A stretch of 64,000 nucleotides of DNA from Azolla caroliniana (taxonomy: Eukaryota > Plantae > Polypodiophyta). Every line of letters begins with the position of its first letter. The first letter of the stretch is position 1. The notes below the pieces were generated by a model. The model was not told the DNA's origin. It was given only the letters and a program-made list of their open reading frames with translations, and made no database searches. A program made the translations under genes and the position numbers. Shown in pieces: positions 37,273 through 47,989 of this stretch. The stretch is taken from positions 5,146,001-5,210,000 of the forward strand of contig JBHGNT010000008.1 of assembly GCA_043228905.1 (NCBI GenBank), read 5' to 3'.

Positions 37273-40200
37273 TCCGGTTCTCGAACTACTGCCACCTTCA
37301 TCATAAAGGCATAGTGATATGCCATATAGTCGTTGTAGCCGAATCGGCTAACCAAATTCTTCTCTCGGGTGGAGTGACGGAGTTTCTCATTTGCTGATGT
37401 GAGTGCTTTCTCAACTCCGAGTGACCTCATAAGAGGCACATCAAATCCATCGAACTCACTATCGAGTGAATGAGTCGATTTGTTGCCATCGAAGTGATCG
37501 TCTTCATATTCTGGCATTTTGGCCTTCCCTTTGTCCATCTTTGGACTTGGCCGAGATGAGCTTTGGTTGCTCGGAGGCTCTTGTGGTCCGCTCAATCTAG
37601 TTGAGATCGGACCCTCTTCAAGTATTGACCTTAGTTGATCATCGTCTTCTGTGTTGTCGAGGTCGTTCGTAGATGGTTCGGGAGGAGTCGGCTCGGGTTT
37701 GTACCATGATGTAGATTCGTCAAAGACGACATCCCGACTTACACGAGTCTTCCGAATAGAGGGGTTGAAGCACTTATACCCCTTTTGCTCCTGTGAGTAC
37801 CCCACGAAGATGCACTTCTCTGATTTTGGGTCAAGCTTCTACCGCTTCTCATCGGGAATGTGCACGTATGCAATGGAGCCGAATATCCTTACATGGGATA
37901 CATCCTTCTTCTTTCCATAGTATTTCTCGTGTGGGGTGACCTCGTGCACTCCGGATGTTGTGCACCGGTTCATGAGGTAGATGGCGATATTTGCAGCTTC
38001 TGCCCAATATGACTTGGGCATATGCTTCTCATTTAGCATGGCCCTTGCTACTTCGAGGATGTGCTGATTCTTGCGTTCGGCTGCACCGTTCTGTTGTGGT
38101 GTGTGTCAACAAGTGAATTCTCGCTGAATTCCTTTTTGTCGAAGGTATGCCGTGAACGCATCTAAGAAGTATTCCTTTCCTCCGTCTAACCGAAGACATC
38201 GTACACGACGCCCAATTTTCTTTTCGACTTCGCTTTTGAATTTTTGGAAGTGTGTAAACACTTTGCTCTTCATCATCATGGGAAAGATCCATGTGTATCT
38301 AGAGAAGTCATCGATGAAGGTAACATAGTACCGACATCCTCCGAACGTAGCCGTTTGTGCCGGTCCCCACACATCCGAGTGGACTACGTCCAATAGGCCT
38401 TTGCTCACGTTCCTCTCCTTCGGGAACGGGTGTCGATGTTGCTTGCCGAATTGGCATGCTTCACATACTCCTTCAATCTCTTTCTCTTTGAAGGTCGGGA
38501 GCCCAATGACGACTCCTTTCGATTGCATCGCCTTGAGTTTGTTGAGATTCATATGGCCAATTCTTTTATGCCATAGCTCTATGTCGGTGTTGTGTTTGAG
38601 GTCCTTTGCAAACATGACCGATTTTACCTCGTTCGCTTCGAGGATAAACATTCAGCCTTCCCTTCGACCACGAGCAATTAGTCGGCCTTCCTTCTCGATG
38701 AAGCAACCTCCTTGGTTGAATCGAACTTGCATCCCTTGCTCCACAATTTGGCCGACCGAGACCAAATTCTTCGTTATGGTGGGTACATGTAAGAAATTTT
38801 TTATGCAATTTTGTTCACCTTCTTTCCCGAATGGGACATTGCCGACATGCCGAATCGGATGAGTGGTGTCGTCTCTAGTCTCGACATAATCGGGTCAATC
38901 TGGCTCTCGAAGGTCTTTGAACCATTCTTGATGGGACGTCATATGGTTCGAAGCACGGGAGTCGACGAACCATACATCTTCCGGATTGGAGGCATTAGTC
39001 GAAGTAGAGGCCGACATAGGATTTGCTCTATGTCTCATTACAAACATTCCGCCATGATCTTCATAGTCGGAGTTGGTGGCGTAATTGGTGAGTTGTCGGC
39101 TTGTGAAAGCCGACTCGCACTTCTTCTTTCGGCACTCTTCTTCATGGTGGCCGATTTTTCCGCAATAACTGCATTCGATCGAGTTTTGTCGACTCGAACC
39201 GGAATGGAAGGTCCCCCTTCTTCCGAAGGTTCCTCGATGGCTTCCGTCTTGTTGCCAAATTTGGGAGTTGTTGTCATAAGTCGGACCTCGTCCGCTGCCT
39301 CGTCCTTGGCCAAATCGGCCTCTTGCTTGGCCGCGTCCTCTTCCTCCATTCGAATGCGTGTAGAGCATGTGGCCTTCCGAGGCGTTGCTCCTTGTTCGAA
39401 CATGATTCTCTTCGACCAATAACATAGATTGAAGATCAAAGAAAGACGGAGGATTCTCCCTTGCTAGGACGGCAGTTCTCATCGAGCCGAACCGTGGTGC
39501 AAGGCCGCCGAGGCATATTTGCACCATCTCATCATCATTCAGATTGACGCTTATTGATCCAAGCAAGTCACAAAGCTCCTTGATCCTCAAGGTGTAGCTT
39601 GTGATGGACATGTCCCGTTGTTGGATGTTGTTCAACTCTTGGCGAAGTTGAAGCTTCCTCGCGGTCGTGTTGGCGGCGAAAATCTTTCGTAGATTTTCCC
39701 ACGCTTCCTTCGGCGTCTCGGCTTCTCGAATGTAACCGAGTATGTGGTCGTGAACACATGTCGCCAAGCAATACATTACTCGACTCGTCGCTTGCTCCCA
39801 TGTTGAGTAGCCGATGTCTTCCGGGTCGGGTCGGTTTTCTTGTGCTCCCTTGATATAACCCCAATAGCCTTGGTCGACAAGGTATTGGTGCATCTTGTAC
39901 TCCCAAGATGCGAAGTTGTTTCGGTCTAACTTCTCGCTAGGGAGAGCGCTCCCCATTTAAGTATTCATGGTGTAACGTTGGCGTAGAGCTCAACACACGC
40001 GGATGGGCTAAATGGAGCTACCAAACCGCTTTGATACCCTGTAAAGAATCGGGTATGATTCTTGTGTAGCGGAATAGGTGAGAGATGTGCGTTATGTGTG
40101 TGTGAGAGAGAGAGAGAGAGTTAGAGGAGAGAAACAAAAGATAGATTTTTGAGAGACAATAGAATACTCAAGAAGATTATATTACAAAGGAGATTAATCG

Positions 40201-43200
40201 ACAACATTACAAAGTAGGAGGAGAGTGCTTTATATAGTCACTCTCTCTCTTCATTAACTACCGAAGCTCATGGGTCATGGGGAATGTGAAAACTCATTAC
40301 TTATGTGTCATAGAATATGATTCTATGACACATAGTTAATGTGTAGATAAGAGTGGTGACTTTTGACCTTTGAGTGCACATTCTCAAGGGTGTGTTCACA
40401 CACTAGACTAGGTTGAGCTTGATTCTCAACAGTTGCAATGGATTTGTTAGTAGATGAGGCATTTTGCTATGAGAATGAGTTAGGGCATGGGTGAGATGTG
40501 GAGGCTCAAGTTTCACGCATTATATTACTGATGTTGTTGCACCAAACTATGAAACCATATTCTCCTCAAAACAAGAAAATCATATTCATTGATATACATA
40601 TGGTAGAGCCCATCTGCCATCCACACCATTCTTCCATATGATATGAGATGATGTGTTGAGGCACCATTATGAAGACTTTATTGCATACTTTGCACCAAAC
40701 GAGTTTGTGAGTTTAACTATCATATTCTATGTCCACAATGGTCCACGTTTCATCTTTGATGCCAAGAATTGTGAAAAAAATGACACTATCGGTGACGACG
40801 ATATTCGGAAACCAACACATATTAAGAGCCTTGGTAGGAAATACCTCTAACGAATGAGTGTGAAAATCGACCACACTTAGTTTAGAAGGAAAACTCCATA
40901 AACCATCATATCAAAGACATGTGAGTAATACGTCGCAATGTTTGTCAACAATTGATATTTGTTGACACTTATCGATCACGAAATCAAATAACTATTGATA
41001 TATTCATTTTCCAATCAAAAAATAAAGAATGTATGTTTTTTCAAGTTTGAGGCAAGCCAAAGCTTTTCAGCCATTGTTTGATAATCAGGTGCAGGATTAT
41101 TGATCAAGTCATGATGGCATAGGCACAATAATAACCAATATGGCACTTGTCAATTATAACATCGTAAAGGGGATCAAATACAGCTAAGACCAAGGTTCAC
41201 TTGGAGGATTCTTAAGTTGTGGGCACACGTGTACAAATAAAGTTGCATTTTTAAGAAGGGGATAAAAAAAAAAAGAATAGTAAGCAATTCGTTCACTTTG
41301 GGACCCTTTTCGAAGAAATCGACAAACATATAAAAATTGATATGGCTTCAACTTGTTGAAAATAAAGGAAAATTGCAAACATTAATTAGCACTTGCGTAG
41401 GACCCTTTATGTCTCTCTCTCACCCACAGACACACATACACATATAAATAACTAAATTTGGTTTCAAAATCTTGAATTGTAACAAAGACTAGCATTTGTA
41501 CGAATTTTTGAAGCTTCATTTGGAGGTCTTTGCAAGTGGGGGATGTCTATAAAAATAGCTAGATGGAATCTTGAGTCTAGAACTGTGAGGAGAGAGACCC
41601 ACACAACCAATTGCATTGGCTACTTTGTTGCCCCACAGAAAGCTCGTTAGTTTGAGTATCATGATCTACTACAATCCTCCACCTTTGATCACACTTGAGT
41701 TTAGTTTCTCCATATTCTCAACTCGCGTCTTATCTCAGATGTCAAGAATGCGTGAAAAATATGACATTTAACAACAATGATGATATTCATGAACCAACAC
41801 AAGTTAAGGACTCCGTAATAAACAAGAGTGCCAAAACTAACGACACTTATTTTAGGAAATCATTAACTCCCAATCGCCACGTAGTTAAGTTCGTGCCTAT
41901 GAAAGGCCCAATTCATGATGTAGAGAATGGGTGGTGGAAGTTGTTCCAATTTAAGTACTCCATTCTTTATAAATAGTTTACTAAGAAAGACAATTTCGAT
42001 CCAACGTATTTTAATCCAAAATGAAGCGCCTTACACCTAGCTCAACAAGAAAACAATTTTGGATGGCTTGATCGTTTTTTGTCATTTGCTGCATAAAGTG
42101 TTGATACCACGCCTTATAAAAAGGGAATTTCTAATATTGCCTGTACATATAGCAAAATACAACGAAATTGTATGAGTCTTCAGAGAGTATACCATTTCCA
42201 CTCGAAAGAATATGTTCAAATGCAAGCAAAACAACTACTAAGAAAGCCTAACTAACGATGATAAATATTAGTTTTAAGATCAAAATGTGGTTTCATAGTG
42301 ACATATGACAAGGAGGAGCCTAATAAGGCGTATGATGGGCTAATGAATGTATAAACAATCATATCAAACACATTCTAGCATATACGTACGAACAATTCGG
42401 ATGTCAAACAATTATTGATATATATTTTTTCAATGAAGAAATAAAGAAGAATATACGCTCAAAGAATCGAACATATAACTCAATCTTGATACTCATGAAA
42501 TGTGTGTGTCCCTACAATTAAGGCTCATGCATAATTTACTAAGTATTAACATTAGGTTACGATTGCATGCTATTATTTAATCTTGTCGCCTTTTACATTA
42601 CTTAGAAAGCAAGACATTTACGTCATAAGTTGGATAATGCCACTACTTTCATAAGAAAACATATTTCGATGTCTCATGACAACGTAATAGATGTGTATAT
42701 CAGAATAAAATATTGCAAAATGTGGTGATTTTATGACTCAAATTCAAACTATATGTTCACATATCTTGTTGACAAATTGAAATCCTTTAAACTAACATTT
42801 CTTTTGCCCATGGACCATGCATTTTGTCTTGGATGAATAGAAAATTTATGCAGGCATCTTTCATGGATGATCATTCTCTACTGCCATCCTTTCCCCAATC
42901 AAATTTTTGTTATTTCCTAGACTAGATTGGATCTTACTTATTTGTGCTAAACAATACATTGCCTCTTTTGAAAAATGCTTTGATTGATTTTAAGACTACA
43001 TTAAGTAAATGATGAATTGGTTGATTAGCTTCAATAATGTTGGCATTAACTTCACATTATCACCTTGATTATAAAGAACCTCACTTAATATCCAATTAAT
43101 GACTAGATTTACACTTTATCAACAATTACATGGTTAATTGAATCGTGTCTATTGAATAAACCTTAATAATTCAAATTGATGGTGCTAATTTATAGGCCTA

Positions 43201-44019
43201 GAATGTAATGAGAAAGGTTGAACAAGGTGTCAAAGAAATGTAAAAACTTTGTATCAAGTTTTAGAGGGAGATGGGATTCGAATCATAGATGAAGATTTGT
43301 GTTATTCATTGCTTACAAGCAAGAAATAGTGTTAAAAATGCATTAGAGAACATGTGCAACAGCAAAGATATTAAATGTCGGGTTTCTGAAAAAGCGCCTC
43401 TTTTACACATGGGTAACAACACTAACACCAAGCTTCTCTCTATAGGGTGGTTGAAGTGTGGGAATCAGGATGGTCACATCTCTAAGTCTACTTTTGAAAA
43501 AGTCCAAAAGCGATTTTAAGACACAAACATTATATATGCTAATACGTGCTTCTCTATAGGGTTGGAGTTTGGGGGTGTTACATCCCTTATCCAATTGGGA
43601 AGAGTTTGAAAAAGTCCAAAAGCAATTCTGTTGTGAAGTTTCTTCAATGTCAAACTATAAACACCATACATGCTCCTACTTCTTGGGACTAGAACACTTC
43701 CCATAGAGATAATGTCGAGGGAAAGGGTTGTCTAATACATGTTTAAGGTTAAGAAAATACCCTCACATAGGCTTTGTAGGATAACATGAGAAACAGTAAA
43801 AGAAAAAAAGATGCGAAAAAACACACAAAGAGCAAAAAAATTTGGGTTTTAGATGGATGCAGCATAAGAAGAAATGGTTTGGAAATTTGAGCACCTCAAC
43901 TTTGTTTTATGATGCATTCAATAGGTTCCTCTACGAATGAGCTTTGCAACATCACTATATCAAAGCTTGGGACACATATAGAGAGAGGTTCACGTTCCAT
44001 ACATTCTATATTACACATG

Positions 44020-44405
44020 TTGCACCAAACTACAAAACCATATCTCGTTCGCTAAACAAGAAAGGAAGTTGCGCTCATCGATACATGCAAGAGCCTAACC
44101 CATTGTCTACCCATACGACTTAAGCGCACGTTCTCTTTGATGCCAGATGAAGTGTCACGGGCACATGGAGATGGAGACTTCATGTTCGGATTGCAGCGGG
44201 GCGCTGGCTGTACCAAACTACAGAACCATATCTTGTTCGCTGAACAAGAAGAGGGAAGTTGCACTCATGGACACATGCTAGAGCCCGTCCCATTGTCTGC
44301 CCATACGACTTACGCACACATTCTCTTCGATGCCAAATGAAGCATTCGGGGGGCACATAGAGAGGGAGACTTTCATGTTCGGACTGCTTGCAGGCGCGGA
44401 TTGTA
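44020..44405. repeat. Tandem duplication, 2 x ~188 bp
   Basis: ACCAAACTACAxAACCATATCTxGTTCGCT..CCCATACGACTTA..TTCATGTTCGGA at ~44024 and ~44212. Confidence 0.8.
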
Positions 44406-44514
44406 CGCATGTGAAAAATGGGTTTATGAAGTTTGGTTGGACAGGTCATATTATGTATGTTGTGGGCCTCGTCAAGGAGAGCGTGATCAATCTGTATATG
44501 TATGTATGATGATC

Positions 44515-44606
44515 CAATTCATCCATCCCTCTATCTATCTATTCATCCTCTATATCTATCTATCTATCCATCCTCTATATCTATCTCTCTATCCATCCAT
44601 CCTCTA

Positions 44607-44638
<32 letters not shown>

Positions 44639-44717
44639 CTCTATATCTATCTATCTATCCATTCATCCATCCATCCTCTATATCTATCTATCTATCCATT
44701 CATCCATCCATCCTCTA

Positions 44718-44757
<40 letters not shown>

Positions 44758-44780
44758 CATCTTCTATATCTATCTGTCTA
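44515..44780. repeat. (CTAT)n/(CCAT)n compound microsatellite
   Basis: Directly visible; explains spurious ORFs 44401-44886 and 44502-44795. Confidence 0.9.
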
Positions 44781-44865
44781 TCATGTACATTGTAACATAT
44801 CTATTTGTGTTTGTGTAGACATATATGTACATATGTATGTATGTACCCATCCATCCATACATACA

Positions 44866-44873
44866 TATAAAAG
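44866..44873 (+). promoter_or_regulatory. Candidate TATA box of the ANTH gene (long, probably intron-containing 5' UTR)
   Basis: TATAAAAG followed by (GAA)n, a GTAAGT donor-like site at 44932 and T-rich intron-like sequence up to the ATG at 46166. Inference only. Confidence 0.35.
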
Positions 44874-46165
44874 AGGAGAGGTATAGAAGAAGAAGAAGAA
44901 GAAGAAGAAGAAGAAGCAGTAGTAGTAACTTGTAAGTAGCCTTCACAAGTGAGCAGAAATCAGGTTCTCTTTCTCTCTCTTTCTGTCTGTCTGTCAGGCT
45001 ATCTGATTGATTCTTTTGGGTTTTCTCTGTACTCTCATCCCTCTTTTCCCACAGGTCAAACTTTGGCCTCCTTGTGGATGATAAAAAAATCTAACCTAAA
45101 ATATCCTATCCTCTCCCCCCCCCCCCCCCTCCTCGTTCTGGGATTTGATCTTTGTTTAGGATTTTCTGAGAGAGAATCGAAAGAGGAAGTAGAAAACTCA
45201 AATCTTTCTCGCCAAGCTCCAGAGCAGCATACGTAGAGCTGAGAACATATCCAACGGAATTTGGATTTCATTCATATAAGAATAAATTCTATTCTATTTT
45301 CTTTCTCTCTCACCGCCTCTTTCTGGGATTGATCCTTTTCGGGTTTCCTTAGAGAGAAACGAAATATGAAGTAGAAAACTCAAATCTTTCTCGCCAAGCT
45401 CGAGAGCAACATTTACAAAGTGGAGAGCATAACCAAGGATTTGGATTTCATTGATCTTTGATTTGTCCATTTTTGGAGAAAAAAAGGAAATGATTCCATT
45501 GGTCTCTCTGATTTTCCGTTGTGAGCGAAAAGATTTCATTGGGCTTTGATTGTGCTAATTCTGGAGAGAAGGGATTTCATCAAGCTTTGATGTACTAATT
45601 CTGGAGAGAAGTGATTTCATTGATCTTTGATGCGCTAATTCTGAAGAGAAGGGGTTATATCGAGCTTTGACATGCCTTTCAGAGAACAATACATCCATTT
45701 AATCTTTGACATGCCTTTTGAAGAGAAAGGGTTCCATTGATCCAACTAGGCTTTTGTTGGATTCCATTTATCTTTCATTTGATTCAAGACAAAAGGATTT
45801 CATTTGATGTCTAATATAAAATTGGAGTTCAAAACAAAAACAGAAGTATTTGATTGATCTTCAAGGGATATGCTTGGAAAGAATTCTATTGATATTTAAT
45901 TTTCTCTGGAGAAAAAGAGTTTCTTTGATCTCTAATGTTACTCGACCAGATTACCTTTGCCAATAATTTCTTTGTTTGGCAATCATTTTGTTTTGGTTCT
46001 GGTTTGGGTTCAGGTTCATACTTGGTAAAAACAATCACACACACACACACACACTCTCTCTCTCTCTCTGATATCTTCTAAAGGAGCTCTAACACTTCAT
46101 ATTGGGTGTTCAGATTGTTTCACACTGGTAACCTGATTCTTTATCCAAAATTTCTAATCTCTTAC

Positions 46166-47269
46166 ATGGCCGAATGGATAAAGAAGCAGTTGAAGCTCAA
46201 GAAGATTACAAATCTTCTAAAAGACCAAGTTTCCCTAGGACTTGCGATGTCGAAAATCAAGAAATTCTCTCAAATTGAAGTAGCAATACTTAAAACAATC
46301 AATCATGAGGACAAAGTTCCAGATGAAGACTGCGTACAATCCCTCCTACTGATTGGACGAAGCTCTCGTATGCATGTTGCCCATTGTGTCAGCATTATAA
46401 TGGATCGGCTCAACAAAAGCCAAAACTGGGTTGTGGTAATTAAGTGCTTGATTATCATCCATAGATGCGTATTCGAAGGTGGTTTTATGTTCCAAGATCA
46501 GATTAGTATTCATCCTGCCCAAGGTGGTCGAAACTATCTTAATCTATCAAGGTTCCGAGACTCTACTTCTTTGTTCACATGGGAAATATCAGGTTGGATT
46601 AGATGGTATGCTAAATTCATCGAGCAGTGGATCCAAACATCGATTGTGATTGGTGATTTCCTCGATATGAAGATGATGGACGAGGATTCAGTAATGTACG
46701 GAGAGAAATTGAAGGGTATGATCAATAAACAACTGATTGCAGAGATTTTGAGTCTGAATGAACTTTTGCAAGAAGTTTGTGGATGGGAAACTGGGAAAGT
46801 GGTCATGGATCATCCTTTAGTAAAAGAAGGTCTAAGGCTTGCCACTTTTGTTATTTTGAAAGCATACCGAGAGATTAAACTAAGGCTCAAGGAGATTCAA
46901 TCAAGGATCAAGACTTTGGTCCAATCACAAGTTCTAGAGCTGCTAAAGGTTTGTGATAAGCTCTCGGCGAATTCCATGATGCTTACTTATTTCTTTGAGA
47001 TGTGCGAGGATCCATTACTGCAACAAAACCGAACGGTTTGCCGGGAAGTGCTTTTCTCGCATTATGAGCTAATGCAACTCAAAGAAGCCCTTCGGGTAGC
47101 TTCTACAGAAAAGCACTCAACAAAGCTAGACATTGTTGACATTGAAATTCGTTCACCATCATCGATACAATCTCTATCGACGCGATATTCAAAGCCAAGT
47201 GCGAATGGTTGGGAAGTAAAAAGAGCAGGTTCTATGTCACATTTCAACTACTATGAGACATTTCTATAG
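46166..47269 (+). CDS. ANTH-domain clathrin assembly protein (AP180/PICALM-like), intronless CDS, 367 aa
   Basis: LKDQVSLGLA..IEVAILKTINHE..P..RLNKSQNWVVVIKCLIIIHR..YLNLSRFRD..SGWIRWYAKFIEQ matches the plant ANTH N-terminus. First ATG at 46166; the ORF-track start 46106 is not ATG. Confidence 0.88.
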   Translation: MAEWIKKQLKLKKITNLLKDQVSLGLAMSKIKKFSQIEVAILKTINHEDKVPDEDCVQSLLLIGRSSRMHVAHCVSIIMDRLNKSQNWVVVIKCLIIIHRCVFEGGFMFQDQISIHPAQGGRNYLNLSRFRDSTSLFTWEISGWIRWYAKFIEQWIQTSIVIGDFLDMKMMDEDSVMYGEKLKGMINKQLIAEILSLNELLQEVCGWETGKVVMDHPLVKEGLRLATFVILKAYREIKLRLKEIQSRIKTLVQSQVLELLKVCDKLSANSMMLTYFFEMCEDPLLQQNRTVCREVLFSHYELMQLKEALRVASTEKHSTKLDIVDIEIRSPSSIQSLSTRYSKPSANGWEVKRAGSMSHFNYYETFL

Positions 47270-47320
47270 TTTTTTTTCAACTTGGTGGTGTATCTATCAT
47301 ATGCTCAAAGCTTTGTTAAC

Positions 47321-47500
47321 TAGCTTGGTTTCAGCTGAATCAATCCCTTGCTGAGCAAATAGTCTGGTTTCAGCTGAATTGATCCCTTGCTGAGCGAATA
47401 GTCTGGTTTCAGCTGAATTGATCCCTTGCTGAGCGAATAGTCTGGTTTCAGCTGAATTCATCCCTTGCTGAGCGAATAGTCTGGATTCAGCTGAATTCAT
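47321..47500. repeat. 39-bp tandem repeat, ~4.5 copies (TAGTCTGGTTTCAGCTGAATTGATCCCTTGCTGAGCGAA), in the ANTH 3' region
   Basis: Directly visible; each unit contains the palindrome TTCAGCTGAA. Confidence 0.92.
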
Positions 47501-47989
47501 CACTTTGCTGGGCAAATGCAACATACTTTGTATAATCTCTATGATGAATTCAAGAATAACATTCATTAGATTGAGAAGAACACCTGGGTATGTACTCATG
47601 TAACATGTTGACACTCTCTTGAGCCAGGAGAGTATGTAGTATCGCAGCTTGGCATTGCCATTATTCTATTTATCCTTGTCGGATTTGTGTAAAGGAACAT
47701 TTTTGTTGAGTGTATATCACATAACTGAGAAACATTGTGTTTCTTTTATCTACAAGAGAACTCTCGACGAGATATATACTTCAATTTAATGGTGTAGTTT
47801 AATTCGCTAGTTTCTTTTGTTGCTGGGGATCAAATTGTTTGTTGGTTGCACATTCTCACATATGATGCACAAGTATTTTCTTCTTAACACTTACTCTGGT
47901 TCAAACACAAGTGAGGGTAGAGGTTCCAATGGTCTTCACAATGGGCACACAATGAACACAAAACAGAAACAGAAACAAAAACAAAACAT

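Larger units (their letters stand above)
26127..40431 (-). mobile_element. Ty1/Copia LTR retrotransposon A (outer element of the nest), defective
   Basis: LTRs 40040-40431 (5') and 26127-26515 (3'), TG..CA; TSD GTTGC (26122-26126, 40432-40436); PBS GGGTATCAAAGC (iMet-like) at 40039-40028; PPT TTGAGGGGGCG. Gag with CX2CX4HX4C and protease region WFVDS (38895-39956), integrase HSDVWGP (38106-38651), [13 protein letters not shown] and YVDD, RNase H DADWAG..SSTEAEY (26543-27943). Interrupted by B within REP|ESFVEA. Confidence 0.96.
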
